Shown here one piece after another: positions 33,564 to 46,849 of a stretch of 52,764 nt of DNA (positions are counted from its first letter, which is position 1; each line of letters starts with the position of its first letter). Made by a program: the position numbers and the translations under genes. Source of the DNA: Atractiella rhizophila (lineage: Eukaryota); NCBI GenBank assembly GCA_021432655.1, contig MU271496.1, positions 1 to 52,764 on the forward strand, given 5' to 3'. Under the pieces are notes generated by a model. The model had not been told where the DNA came from. It searched no databases and saw only the letters and a program-made list of their open reading frames with translations.

Positions 33564-35125
33564 CATGAGCAAGATCGTCAACATGATGCTGCTAGGTGGC
33601 AAGACCCTGAACATCAAGCTCAAGTTCAGGTACAGCGAAGAGCAAGACGGAATACTCCTTATGGAAATGCTCAGCAGCATGAACACAGGGCTCGGCAATG
33701 ACAACTCCAACCTGCACCTCAGAGAGAGAATGCTGTAGAAAGAGCTGCACATTGGTGGGATTTTTGAATAGTGATGAAAGGAGATGGATGACCTCTTGGA
33801 GGAATGCTAGGTATAGATTCTGTGGTGCCCTGCTGTTAGAATTAGAAGATACAGGTTTCTGTTGTCAAAATGGACGTGACGCTCTTCAGCCCTTGTCCCC
33901 TCTTCCTCCTCTTCTGCAAGATCTCACTACATTCAACCCTCACGAAGCATCAGCTATGTCACAACGTCTCAACTAAGCGTTCTGTTTCAATGCTCTTGCC
34001 ATTTCTCCTGCTCGGTCTGGATTTGAGCACTTTGAAGACCCTAGTGCATAGACATTTGCCTTGAATAGCCATACATATCACCGCATGTTTCCAACTAGGA
34101 GATTGATCATCCTATGCATTAGCTTTGGCATGATGCTGCAGGAAGAGACAGAAATGCAGAGCAAAACAATCTAGGATTAGCCTTAGTGGGTACGTCAAAC
34201 TTTCCAAAATATACGATCGATGCTGTTCTTCTAAGTCTGACTCTCAAACTCTGTAGAATCACTCTCTGACATACTTTCGCTTTTGAATCCTCTTTTCCAC
34301 CATTATAATTCCTTCGCTGCCTTCAAACCAGATCAAGAACAAGCTATCATGGAGCTTTGCGACCCAACAGCTGATGGTGAAATAGCAGTAATCTTTTACT
34401 CAGGAAACCGTGCCGTCAGGCATCCAAGCAGTGTCTTTGTTGGATGTTGTGCAACTGGCATACTTACGCGTGTCAGCATTCTTTCCCAACTCCATGAACC
34501 CCTCCAATACCCTACCTTGCCCACATGGAACAGCTGGCTGGGGTGTCGACTCTCCTCTTCGTCAACAGAACCAACACTTTACTCAACGTGTTTGGTATAA
34601 GAACCGCCTTATTACCAAGCCATGCTTTTTGGATTTTGGAAGACTTGGATGCGAATACATAGGTGATATGGTATCCCGAATGGAGGATGAGTGTTTGGAG
34701 TATGTTGGGAGTAATCGCAAGGCTCAGTTGGAGGATTGGGAAGCTGCTATTGCAGTGGGAGAACATGGACAAGATGGTGACTTTGACTTTACCTCTTTGC
34801 CTTCAAGCGTAACAAGATCAAGAAAGTGGGATATGCGGATGCATTAGCGATAGGCGTTAGCGATAGCAAAAGTCTTGGGAAAACCTGATTTCTTTATTAC
34901 AGCGACTGCAAATCCGAATTGGCCCGAAATTAAGTCTCAACTACGTCCAGGTCAATCTGCTATAGAAGGTGCTTGGATAACTACTCGCGTCTTCAAAGCC
35001 AGATTGAAGCTTTTGCTAGAGGAAATCAAGAAACAGTTTGGAGGCTTACTTTACAAGATCCATGTTATCGAGTTTCAGAAACGGTGTCTTCCTCATGCTC
35101 ACATAGTCATCAAAGTATGGTTGTT
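33564..35125 (+). mobile_element. Helitron RepHel remnant (N-terminal Cys region and HUH Rep domain), 3'-truncated
   Basis: CGALLLELEDTGFCCQNG...LSPLPP and GKPDFFITATANPNWPEI...VIEFQKRCLPHAHIV (HUH motif). Confidence 0.9.
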
Positions 35126-35249
35126 CTATTAATTTTTCCAACATCTGAATAGCATCCATTCCCTGAGCTTTATAAAGACTTTCTGCTCACCCATATATCC
35201 CGTGAAAAAGGCAGAGGCTCGAGTGATAAACACCATGTGTTGAAGTAAA

Positions 35250-36200
35250 TCTATGGGCAGGCAGCCATGTCATCTAGGGTCCGGACAGCAGGCAAGGATC
35301 AGGCGGATACGTAGGGAGGGCTGGTGGACATCTGAGGCGTGGGCAAAGGTGTGTAGAACCAGTGCGAACCCTGTGACAAGGAAGGAAGCCAGCTCAGACT
35401 TGTCCAACCAGTCTTCTCCATCTTCTCGTCGCTCGTACTATCGAGTATCCACCTCTTCCCTATTCCCTAGTAGCCATATCTTGGAGCTAGCCACAGGGAG
35501 TTCTCCTTCGCGCAGCCATTCCACCCGGACTTGGTTCTGGATCATAATCGGGGGGTGGTGTTTTTGAGAAGAGCTCTTCCAGTGCCCGTTGTATTTCTTG
35601 GGCAATGCCATTCCGTTCCTCGTCTGAAAGTGGGAAGGTTCGTGGAGAGCTGGGTCCTTCTAGGATTGTCGGAGGTGGAGAGCCTGCCAGGATGAACAGA
35701 TCACCATTTTTGAACTTGAAATGTAGGCGCTCCACTTCGTTCAGTTCTGGCGAGGCGGCAGGCGGTGGGGAATTGAGTCGATACTACTGCTGTGATCTGT
35801 CAGGGCTTCACCTGCTAGATCGTGACCCTGGGGAGGTTCTATCGTCGATGCTCTTCCTCGCAGCTGTGAGAGGAACACTTGGAGCTGAGGTTGAGATGGT
35901 TGTGGCTGGGAATTAGCTTCGCCTAGGCTCACCTCGCTTCGAATCAGTGTTCGATGGGTGAGCAGCCTAGGTGGGCTGGCTTTTATCGAGGGTAATTGGA
36001 AGGCCCTGGGCCTCTGCTTCTGAATGATGCAGGTCGGATCGGGTGCTGAATGGACAAAGAGGTCGCATGGCGGCAGGGTCTGTGCTGGGTTTGAGTGTTG
36101 TCGTCCTGGGTAGATGTGAATGCCCTCCGCACATAGTAGTCCGGAGAAGGAGAAGGGAGACAGATTGTAAAACATAGAGCTGACAACTTTCGCCTTGGAA
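35250..36200 (-). pseudogene. Possible degenerate accessory ORF downstream of Gypsy C pol
   Basis: Protein-like broken frames (ERLHFKFKNGDLFILAG...IQRALEELF; WLREGELPVASSKIWLLG...SFLVTGFALVLHTF); no recognisable domain. Confidence 0.3.
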
Positions 36201-36849
36201 GGGCTAATATGAAGAAAGAGAAACCGAGAAAAACCATGTTAATGTGAAGTGCCAACACTGACCAGAAATATGACCCACACTACAAGAGCTGACTATAAGT
36301 CTAAGCTCAAGATCAGTTTCTGATCTAGTTTGTGCGAGATAGCTTGAATGGCTTTTAGGGCAGCCTAGCCCATTAGCAATAGGTGCTGGTTGGGAGGTGC
36401 TAGGTTGCACTTGCTGGTATGTTGTCCCTCCTTGGAGGCGGTTATGTCCGGTGGGCCCAGACAATGCCCTCAGAAAACTCCTGCATTCTTTATCAGGGTG
36501 AGCCTGCACTTCTGCGCACGCGCACCGCCCCATCAGATTCTATCGAGGAGGGGTTCTTCAATTGCCTGGCTTGTGGAGCTCCAAAATGAGGTCTATAGTT
36601 TCGAGTCAGTATAGGCTTGATGCCAGATGGGAGCTGGGGTCGTTCTGCCCCGGAGACGGAGGCACAGGAGTTGGGGCCACGAAAGGCCGCAATGTGGGTG
36701 GATGTTCCTGAGGAACCAACTGGAGGAGCTCTGCCACCTCCTGGGTTGTTCTTCCTTCAATTGCTGCCTCCGCTGCTGTGTCATCATTTACCCAGATGTG
36801 AAGAGTGGTAGAGTCGATAAAATATGCCTCTACCTCCTTGTCCGACTCT

Positions 36850-39172
36850 TCGTTTGGTTCGAAAGTTGCAGGTGGTAATGTGTTCTCTCTGGTTCAGGGG
36901 AAACGTGAGGCTTCAAGCAGTTGGGGTGGAAATGTGTGTCCAGAGGATATGCCGCATGGAGTCCCTGTAGTCAAAAATCTTGTCCTTCCTTCGCTACTAT
37001 GCGCCATGGACCTGCCCAGTTAAGATCCAACTTGTTTGAGTGGCTATTTTCGATCTTGGAGTTGTGCGCATAGATGAGATCCCCAATCCGGTATTTCCTC
37101 ACTTTTGACTTTAACACCTTTTTGTCATACCATGCCTTATTCCTCTCCTGGGTTTTGTACAGATTGTGTGCTGCATTCGCTCTCCTCGATTCCCAGTAGA
37201 GCCAGCTGGAGACCCACCATCACCTCTGTTACCTCCACTTCGGGCACCACTCTCTCCTCTGTCCTACCAGCACCTAGCAACGACACGATGCTGTCCCTTG
37301 GAGTGAAACCAAAGAGGAGCTCTGCTGGCTTGTACCTGAGGGATGGAAGCACCCTGTTGTTGATTTCTCATACTGCCATGTCTAGAAACTGTGGCCATTG
37401 CTTTGGCGGCCTTCAAGGACCGTCGTATTCGTTGAATCTAGCTGGACAAGTTTCCAGAGGCGGTCAATTATAATTCGGTTGTTTCTTCAACCAAGCCGTT
37501 CAATCGTGGTGAATAGGCGGGGACTGAATGGAAATCAACATTCTAACTATTGCAAAACTCCTTGACTTCTTCACAGATGAAGTAAGTTCCATTGTCTGAC
37601 ACGAGTACCTTGCACGATCCTAAAATGTTGAACAGTTTGGTCAAGGACTCCATCGTTTTCCCCTGTCCCATCGCCCTTGAACTTGAAGACCCAGCAGTAT
37701 CTGGTGAAGTAATCTACTACCACAAGGAGCGTCTTCAATCCACCCATGCTATTGGCATGGAGAGGTAATCCATTGTGAGCATTTGGAATGGTTGGAGCTG
37801 GACGACTGGGCGGAGGAGAGTCACTTTGAACTGGGGACCGAAGTGGCACATCACGGTCATTTCACCAGGGTTTCGGCAATTGTCCTTGCCATCCCCTGCC
37901 AGTAGAACTCCCTACCGAGGCGCAAGAGTGAGGTCGACCGCAAAGTGTCCGTGGGCTTCGTGGCAGGTGAGGATCATCTTCTCCACCTCTTTTGCAGGGA
38001 CCACCTTTACTTCCTAGCCGGTCGATGGCTGTAGTCTGTCTCAAGTGGGGACGGTGAGATGTTCCGGAGCTCTCCGTCCTCCACCGGGAGGTTTCTCGCT
38101 CTCTGGCAGATGTTTTTCCTTCTTGTGGGGGAGGCATCTGTCAGGTACTCCAGAGTGACCAAGAAGCGAACTATGTCTGCGAAGAATTCATCCCCTACAA
38201 AGCGTTTCATTAACCCTGTGGATACATGGTCACTGTGTGTGATCAGAAGTCCCTCTGATCCAGAGCACCCTTCCTTCCTCTCCTGCATCTCAACCTCTCC
38301 CCCCTCCCAGTCCTCCTCGTATGTCGGTGGTGGCCGTAGCAAAGAAGGACCGTTTGTCTTCGCCTCTTGATATCTTCTCAGGTCTATTCCTCAAATGAAT
38401 GGCATCTCGCCCCTCCCGTTTAGGTTCAGCACCTCGTTCCAGTCTACCGGTGGAGAAGTGAAGGTGTTAGTAACCGCGTCTGCCGGTCTGCAGGATAGTG
38501 CATCTGGTATGATGGTCTTTCGGCCAGGTTTGTGGTGAATCTTCCAAATGTCGTATGCTAACACCACCTCCCGTCACCTATAATGTGCTGCTGATACCTT
38601 CTCGCTCGTGAGGACCTCGCATAAAGCGCTGAAGTCAGTCCAAAGTTCGATTGTCTGCCCCTAGATGAACTTCGAGAACCGGTCAAAAGCCCATCTGCAT
38701 CCTGTTAATTCCAGCATCATTGGCGAGTACTTCTTTTCAGCATCGGTTGTCAGCTTGGAGGCATAGCCTAGAGGATGCCGTGCAGTTTTGATCTCAGAAG
38801 GATTGAGAGGGGAAGAATCGTCGAAGTATTGGAGTATGACGGCTCCAAATCCTTCCGCACTTGCGTCCACCTCAATGTGGAACACCCGTCCGTCGTATAT
38901 TGCTGCGTGAAGAATGGGTTGTGTCGTAACCAAGGTTTTCAACACCACAAAGGATTTCTGCTGCTCCTCTCCCCACCGTACCTTTGTCCTCATCAGTACC
39001 CTCTTTTGCACACCCTTCTTAGGTTTCCCTTCGCGGTCTCGATCTGAATCAGGAATGGCAATCTTGGAGCAGCAGCCACTGATGGGGGTAACAATTTTCC
39101 AAAAGGGTGGGATGAAGTTGTGGAGGTATCCCGCAACGTGGACAAAGGACAATGCATTGTGGGCTGTACGAG
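36850..39172 (-). mobile_element. Gypsy element C pol remnant (RT connection, RNase H, integrase)
   Basis: FHIEVDASAEGFGAVILQ...LGYASK...EKKYS..LEL (RNase H); LLVVVDYFTRYCW, PAELLFGF and WAGPWRI (integrase); many frameshifts; no LTR seen. Confidence 0.9.
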
Positions 39173-39677
39173 CTGTCTGCCTCCTCTTCTAGAATATCTC
39201 AAGATCAAGCTCGCCTCCTACTCGTCTGATGGAAAGACCTCCATCCTACCCACTCCGCTCGACCTATCACACCTCAAACATCTCACCAGACTCTACCTCG
39301 ACGGTGGTGAGGAAACTTCCAACCTTGTTTCCCCACAGTTCCTCCACACCCTCAGAAATGCAAAAGCGATAGATACCATAGATGTTCGGTACTGTGTGGT
39401 GGACTGGCAATTCACAGGGTTTGTATTCTCAGACTTCATCTGCTGGTTCTTTGGAGACAGGGGGATGAAGGAGGAGGTGGATATGGTGGATGAAGCTGAA
39501 ACGATGGAAATGACGAGAGGACGTGTGTTTCGTGTTAAGCATTTCTTTGGAGGGTGGCTTGAGGAGGAGATATACACAGCCAGGGGCAGATTGAGACAGT
39601 TTGGCGTGAGTGAGGAGGATGAAGATACGTGGGTTCGGGAGGGTGGGGAAAGTGATGAGGGAGATACTCAGATTTGA
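39173..39677 (+). pseudogene. F-box/LRR copy C, C-terminal third only
   Basis: CLPPLLEYLKIKLAS...LDLSHLKHLTRLYLDGGEETSNL...; fused directly to Gypsy C sequence; 3' flank also matches copies A and B. Confidence 0.9.
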
Positions 39678-41713
39678 CTTATATTCTATAGAAGACATGT
39701 GAGGAAGTTGGACAGTCTGTATCCCCCTCCATTTAACGTGGCATTGACAATGGACAGCGCTGGAATTCGTTCCACACGATGCCATCCGTCCATCCTTCCC
39801 CCCTCTATTCAACGTATCGCATCTCCCAAAGCTCGCCTTCCTTATACTCGACACTTCCCGCTTGGCGATTGCGAGGAATCTCCAAACACACGCATTAGAA
39901 TACAAGTACAATGGACTATAATCGTACCTACCCTACTGCCTGGAGTGGCTCAGTTCCGCAACAGTCATCCGTTGGCTCTGCGGGATCGGGAGGATGGACA
40001 CTGACGAGGATGAGAGGTTGAAAATGGATGATCAGGTTTATTTTATCCCTTAACGATTGCCTGAGGAGTGAGTTGGGTTTGCGAGGAGGACGAGAGAGAG
40101 GGTGTGCAGTGTGAGACTGCAGAACTCACTGTCTATTCTGGAGTTCAGGGGCTCGTAGGGTTACTGTGTGGTCAACCCGAAAAGATATAGTAGGAAGGTA
40201 CGTCTCTTGAATCACATTCTCTCGCCAGCACGCTTTGGCACAAGAACAGTATGAGAACTCTGCATGTGCGAGCAGTGTTGTATGAACATATACTTAGCCC
40301 ACGAATGGATTGTTTTTATTGACTGCCTTAAAGATTACATGACTATCAATATCCGAATATCTAAGGAACGGAAAATCGAATTCATAGTGTCCTGATACTG
40401 GGTATGCTTGCCATCGCACTATCAGAACAGGCATGATATGTCGGATGCTGTAGATGTGACATCTGGTGAAAGTCCTTTGTCTTCCATCATCTCTTTACTC
40501 TGTTTATCTTTCGAAATCGCTGCCCCCAGAATGTTGTTCTGCCCCTGTTCTCTAAACGTATTAACATTGCATCATGGTCTGGCCACTCATATCAGTGTTT
40601 TATAAAGATGAGAGGCGAAATTAATGCCTAGACAAACGCAGAAATGTTTGACTTTGGAAGAAAGGGCAAGCCGTTGTACAAAGGAGGATTCTATCCTCAC
40701 AAGGCTAGTTTCATTTTCTCAAACCCTTGTTGCTGTCGAGGCTCGATCCAAACCATATTGACGCCACAAAGTGAAGATAAACAAGCGTCAGCACCATTCA
40801 GCCATTCTTGAGCTTACAGACTGCGATGAGTCCAAGAAGGCCTCCCTCCTGCTCGATGCCTTGTGCTCCATGGCTGAAAAGAATCTTCGAACCCCGTCCA
40901 ACAGATTCTTTCCGTGCGCACTGTTCGAATACAATGCAATGGAAATCGTACCTAGGTCCTACCTCCTGCAGTGATTCAGTTTTGCAACATTTACGCACCG
41001 GTTCTTGGGGGATGGAGAGACAACCAATATAGACACTGACAGGGATAGATAGGCAGAGGATATCGAAATTGATGCTAAGGGTTATTTTATTCCTTGACAA
41101 CGGCAGGAGGAGATGACTTTGAGGAGGATGCTTTCTGCCTGTACTACGGATGATTAGGTGTAAAGCTCCTAAGAGAACAAGTTCCGCCCAGAAAGTGTAA
41201 CAATGGAGGAACCGATTCACCCCTTTAACTCTTGCTGGAGTTGTTCTTACTGTTGACCAAGACTGGTGTATTCCAACGATGGAAGAATAAGGAGAATCGA
41301 AGGAGCTTTCTTGGAGATCGAGACAGTGTTACAATCATTTCTTCGACCCATGCCTTAGTAAAAAATCTTGCCTTTATCCCTTTAATTCCTTAACCTTCAT
41401 CCCAAGAGTTGTAGTCCCGTAGCTGCAACGTTCAATTGTTGTCATATCCAAATGATGGTTTTGACTGCTTCCTTTCCATCCTCCACCTTTGTGTCCTGCA
41501 ACGAACATCATCATCACAACATCGCAGGAGGTGAGCAAAGAAGAGAAGAAAGAGGAAAAGGAAAAGAAACGGACCTGAGTAGTCTTAAAGGCTTGAATGG
41601 CTTTTTTGAGTGGCTTGAGGTCTACATGGGCGTAGCGCCAAATCAATCATTTGCTCATATATCCCCGCTGCTACCTATCGCGCTAATCTTTTAAAAACGT
41701 GTCAGAACAACGC

Positions 41714-44700
41714 TTATGGGTAGGCGGTAGGAAGGAGATGGAACCAAATGAAGCTTGGACACTCTTTCGTGAGGACTGCCGTGATGGGCACTTGGACAAA
41801 CTCGGTTGACTGTGTATATGTTTGTTGTCCTCGACGATTCGCACCTGTTCCCCTATCTATCAGTATCCATACGTCAGGATTCAAAGTGCAGGATGGGAAG
41901 CAAGGAGACATGGCCCGCAGCTCTAGGGCAGTCTACGACGATGTTGATGCCGTCCAATCCCTCTGCCACCTTGAATTTATGCTTCCTGATCCCGTGACCG
42001 TCAACCGATACATGATCCTCTGTCTCCATCCTTCACTAAAGCATCAACATCAACATGCCGTCTACCAAGAAACAGAAACGTGAGACAGACCATGAATTGG
42101 ACAGGTTATAGTTGAATGCACGTTTGGGAGGAACAAAATTCTCAGATTCAGCTTCGCTTCCCTCGACATCTTTGTAGTCGTTTCCTTCTCAACGTGGTGT
42201 CGCCCGCCATCAGATTTGGTGCGTGGATGCAAGTGTCCGAAAGAAAAGGTCTCTCGACGAGCAGCCGTAACAGTAGGGTCAGAAGGCAGGAGGAGAAGGA
42301 AGAGATGTTGTCAAGATTGTTCGGTGCGAATTGGCTGCATATTGTCGACAATCCCATCCTTCCTCACAGTTGCCTCCTTCGCTTCTTCGGCGCCGGTTCA
42401 TCCTCCTTCTTGGCACCTAAAACCAAAGCCTCCTTCGTGCCTTCGCCGAGACAAGGAATGGAGAACTTACTCTTCAATGCACCACCGCCAGACTGAGCAA
42501 TCTAAGATATCGAGAGGAGGTGTCTGTAGCTGTACCTGTTGATTTGGGCTCTGGTAAGGGCGATGGAGGGACAGAAAGCGGCTGCGGACAAGGAGTAAGC
42601 CTGGGCATAGGTATTTCTTCACTGCTGTATTCGTTCTCTCCTGTGCGGGTGGTAGGCACAGGAGATGGTGCTGAGGTCAACACATCGGCTAGGGAGAGTC
42701 GACACTCACTGGGGTTGCCGCTGGAGGAACAACAGAAGGCTTTGGAGCCGGAGGAGGAGCAACGGCGCCAGAGGATGTTGATGTTGTTGCAAGTGCTGAA
42801 GGAGCAGAAGTATGCTTCTTGCTACTTCTGGGGAGTCGCACCACCTGTCGCCTTTTAGCAGAGGAAGTGACAGAATGGAAGTTAACCCCCTTGATGTGAT
42901 ATTGAAATGGTCTCGGCGGGCTGACCCATCGATATGCCAACGTAGCGGCAGTGAAGAGGGACTCTTCAGGACGTTCCTGGTGTTCCTCCCTCGTCCTTAT
43001 AGACTTCTGAGAAGCCCAAATATCATGTATCTTTGTCTCCATCAGTCTTCGCCAGAGATAAACGAAAGAGAAACGCACTCAAGATGTCTGTCCACATAGG
43101 GGGACCCTGGCTCCTGGTCACTGACAATACGGTGCTTCCCCGCCCACCTTCTCCCCTCCTACTTCCTGCAGCTCCAATATGATGGCACATATTCACACCA
43201 CGTCCTCCAGCTTCAGCTTCATGTGTACAATTCCAACATACCAATCATCTTCCCCTCGTTTAACTGTCGTGAAAGCGAGATCTGTTGAGAGGCGGTAATC
43301 ACTCATCATGATATCCGTGAACGCACGATATGGGTGAGGAACGTGTCGAGTGTGGAAATGAGAAGAGCAGTCAAAGGAGCATCTGCTGGACTGATATCTT
43401 TCACTGGCGCTTTTGCCTGGCATCCGGACGAAAGAAGTGACTGGCATAGACCATTGGTCACTGGGAATGACGATTTGATGCTTGCCCATCAACGTGACCA
43501 TGAACGTGCAGAAAGCTTTCAACGCTCTGTCGTCTTAACGTTCTTTATCTGCTTGGAATCTCCTGCAGCCAACATTCCATGCATGTAAAAAGGCAAGGAC
43601 GGTTCGAAGGCACCACAGTGTAGACTGTGCACGAAGTCCAGAGAGCGATGTGTTGCCTTAATGAAGAGCTCCAGAAGTCCCTCTCTCACACGATGGGAGA
43701 GATGGATAGGAAGCTTTGTTTACAGCAAGGAGAGCATCATCAGCTCTGCGAGTACGTGCATAAAATCTCCGGCAACAATCTTTCTTTCAGGTTCTCAGCA
43801 GGCATTCTCGACATATCGCAGTATAACCAAATTTTCCCCTGGCAGTTTGCTTCAAGAACTGAAGAAGAACACACAAATTGGCACCGTTGATTAGCCTCCT
43901 ATCAGTCTCATTCCTGCCAACTCCATCCCTCAGTCTAGTCTAGCTAAGAATGTGTCAAAGGCCACACGGGAATGGGAAACACGGCGGCGAGGTGTAAATC
44001 TCGACAGTCTTTGTTCGGGTAGACCGTTGCATGAAGAGTCTCCAGCAGTTGAATGATTTTCTACGATCGCCAGGATGGGATGTGCGAGCAGCTCCCTTTT
44101 GTGTCATCTCCTCCGTCCTCCGCGTGCAGTCTCCAGCACACCCACTGTGCTTCACGCATTCTATCCTTCATTAGCCATCTATCGTATCTCCGCCATCATT
44201 CCCGCCATACACGTTTTCACTTCGCTTCCTTTTTCAAGCAGTCCCAAGCGCACCTCTCGCGTCCTCTCATCTGTCCCCGGTCTCCTTCACTCTGGCCGGT
44301 CCTGGTGTGTCCCTCTCCTGTTTCGGCATACTTCGCCACTCCCCCAGCCCCGCTCTCCTCCGCATTCTTCTTTCGTCTCAGCTATCCGCACCGTCCTCTT
44401 TTGTTCATGAACCCTTCCCACACACGAAGGCCAATGTAGTCGGTAGTGCTTCCGTGAGCAAGTGATAAATGGACAAGTACAATCAGTGCTAAGAAGGGAG
44501 GGGAAGTGAGATGCATTGTGGACAGAATGGTACGTAATGGTAGGTGAAGGACAGATATGGAAAGGGAGAGCGAAGCACGAGTCCATGACAGACAATACTG
44601 ACTAAAAAGGAAGGTGCTAGCATTGCTGATCTTCTGCTCAGTGGAAGTGAGCCTGAGGACGGCAGCGCACGACAAAAAGGAGGCGCGCACTAAGTGCAGT

Positions 44701-46500
44701 GGAGGGCAAGAACGCGAGGAAGGCGAAAGAGAGGCTAGGTATGGATCCTACTATGGTCCACGGAGGGCTAAAACTTTTATAGCGACGAGAGGCGTGAGAG
44801 AAGACGTGACCTTCCCTCCCACTTTCCCTCTGTTGCATATGTGCTTAAGGACATAGGGAACAGGTTCCTTGCCCCTTCCCCAAGGGCTATCCTCACCCTG
44901 CTCCTGCAGCCTCGTCACGCCTCAGCACTGCTCGACACTCCCAGCGTCCCAACTTACGTTTGCTGCCAGGGCCACCAAGCGAGAGAGCAGCGCGAGGGAA
45001 GCGTTGGAGGCAAAAGGAGACACGCGGGAGCGCCGTCCTGCATCAACTCAATACCTCCTTGCGCCGTCCCACTTTCCGCTCTGCCGTAACCATCGCCCTG
45101 CCGCTCTCCGTCCAGGATCCCTCTCCCTTTACTTCCATGTTCCTCTCGTCATCCATCGCCCTCCACTCTTCCAGCAACCGCTGTGCCCTCCGAAATGAAC
45201 GGTGAGTGCGAGTTGGACGCGGATCGCGATAGCAGATGAGGGAGGTGACACTTTGGGTTGATTTGGGTCGGTGATGACTGAAGGACGCGAGAATGACCGT
45301 CCAAGCGTCTCTACCCCTCCTTTTTAACCTTCGCCATCTCCTTTCGCCTCACTTACCTTTCATTCCACCTCCCATCCCTCTCTGCGAATGTTCACCTTCA
45401 TTTCCCCCTCCACCAATCTCTCCACCTTTTTCGCATTCTGGCCTCGTTGGGGCTGCCCTTTCCATTCGGAGTGTGTTCCCTTCCTCCCTCTCCCTCTCCA
45501 TGCTACGGGCGCCTTAACTGGCATGCACACTAGGTCCTGTGCTCCGTTTTCTACTAGTCTCACCCCACCTCCTCTCGCACTCCACCGCACCTCACGCCTC
45601 CAGCAAGCCCGTAACTCGGAAGTTGAACACGGACAGGGGGTTGGACTTCGGCTAGCGATGGAGGAAGGGAGTAGTGTCAAGGGGGCCATAATCAACAGAG
45701 GATGTCCAAAGGACACCTCGCACTTTCTTTCGCACCTCTGCACCCAATCCCTAGCCATCCGTCGCCGTTCTATGCCCTCTGTTCCATCCGCCCTCCTATT
45801 CTCTCTCCCACCTCATCCTTCACTTTCTGTCGCACTCCATGGATCACCTTCCACCAACGCTTGCGTCATTACATCCAGGCCAACAATGAAAATGCTGATG
45901 GAGAAAAGGAGGCAATGGGGACAGAGTTGGAACAGGGACCAAAGAGGACATCTAAGTCGGTCCCTTTCGCGCTCCTAAGCCTTCGCGCTCCATCCATCTG
46001 GTCTCCCGCTACTGACTCAAGTGTCATCTCTGTTCTCGCAAGTAGCTTGCTCTGCCTCCTCTGTCATCCTGATTGCAAACTGACCTCCCTTACTGCCCCA
46101 GCGCTACCTAAACCTTCTCTCTCACAGTCAGATCACTACGGAACGAAGCATCAATATCAAACCGTTCTGCTCTAGCTCTCGTTCGAAATGCATTGTAATT
46201 TAGGTACCAGTATTGCAAAGGATTTCAGTTCTTTTACATATTTTAGGATGTCTTGTGGCACTATCCGGTAGTCAAGTGAGAACTAAAGCCTTCAACGTCC
46301 GGACACCAACTTCTTCCACCCAACACCATCCTAATCTGACCTAATTGCAAACGGTTGCCTAATCCACCAACTCTCACGAGCAGTTTTGCGATCCATCCAT
46401 CCTCACGACCGCGTCGTCTGATCATTGTGAGGAGAAGGTCGAGATGGCTGAACAATACGCACTGCAGGCATGATCTGATCTTTCCCCCTCACTTGTCTCG
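41714..46500 (-). pseudogene. Degenerate gene X of array unit D
   Basis: Homologous to 6843-11000 and colinear with 46850-51500; protein-like broken frames (e.g. APLTALLISTLDTFLTH); boundaries approximate. Confidence 0.5.
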
Positions 46501-46531
46501 TTTAACATGAATTCATGGGCGATAGTCCAGC

Positions 46532-46844
46532 ATGTCTTCTCCAGGAACGACCGGGAAGGAAACACTGGTCTCACAGAAGGATGATCAGGGAACAGAGTCA
46601 AGCGCACTGGTCCATCTCATTACCCCAGTAACGTTAGGACATGACACTCCGATCCACCTCTCCATCCTTCCCTCTTTCCTTTCTCGCCTACCTCCATCAG
46701 TTCACATGCTCCGGATCGCATTTGTCTTGCCTCTGGAATTCAGGAGCAAATCTTATGGGCCGTCGAAATCATCCTACTTCTCTCTGGAAGGTCTCGAAAA
46801 TGGAGTCGAACCCGACGGTGCAGTGTCTCTTTGCATCGCGTTGG
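46532..46844 (+). pseudogene. F-box/LRR copy D, N-terminal ~100 codons
   Basis: KDDQGTES..LVHLITPVTL...GLENGVEPDGAVSLCIAL then an abrupt switch to unit E sequence. Confidence 0.9.
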
Positions 46845-46849
46845 CACGC

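Noticed and set aside
39120..39172. ORF-track start making F-box C a 185-aa gene
   Set aside because: The first codons are antisense Gypsy sequence across a deletion junction; no F-box remains
6790..40158. CTACGAGCCCCT (~6790) and its reverse complement (~40147) as TIRs of an F-box cassette transposon
   Set aside because: Only 12 bp, and not found at equivalent positions of the other units; likely chance
40600..41650. Short ORFs between F-box C and unit D
   Set aside because: No consistent frame, motif or in-window homologue
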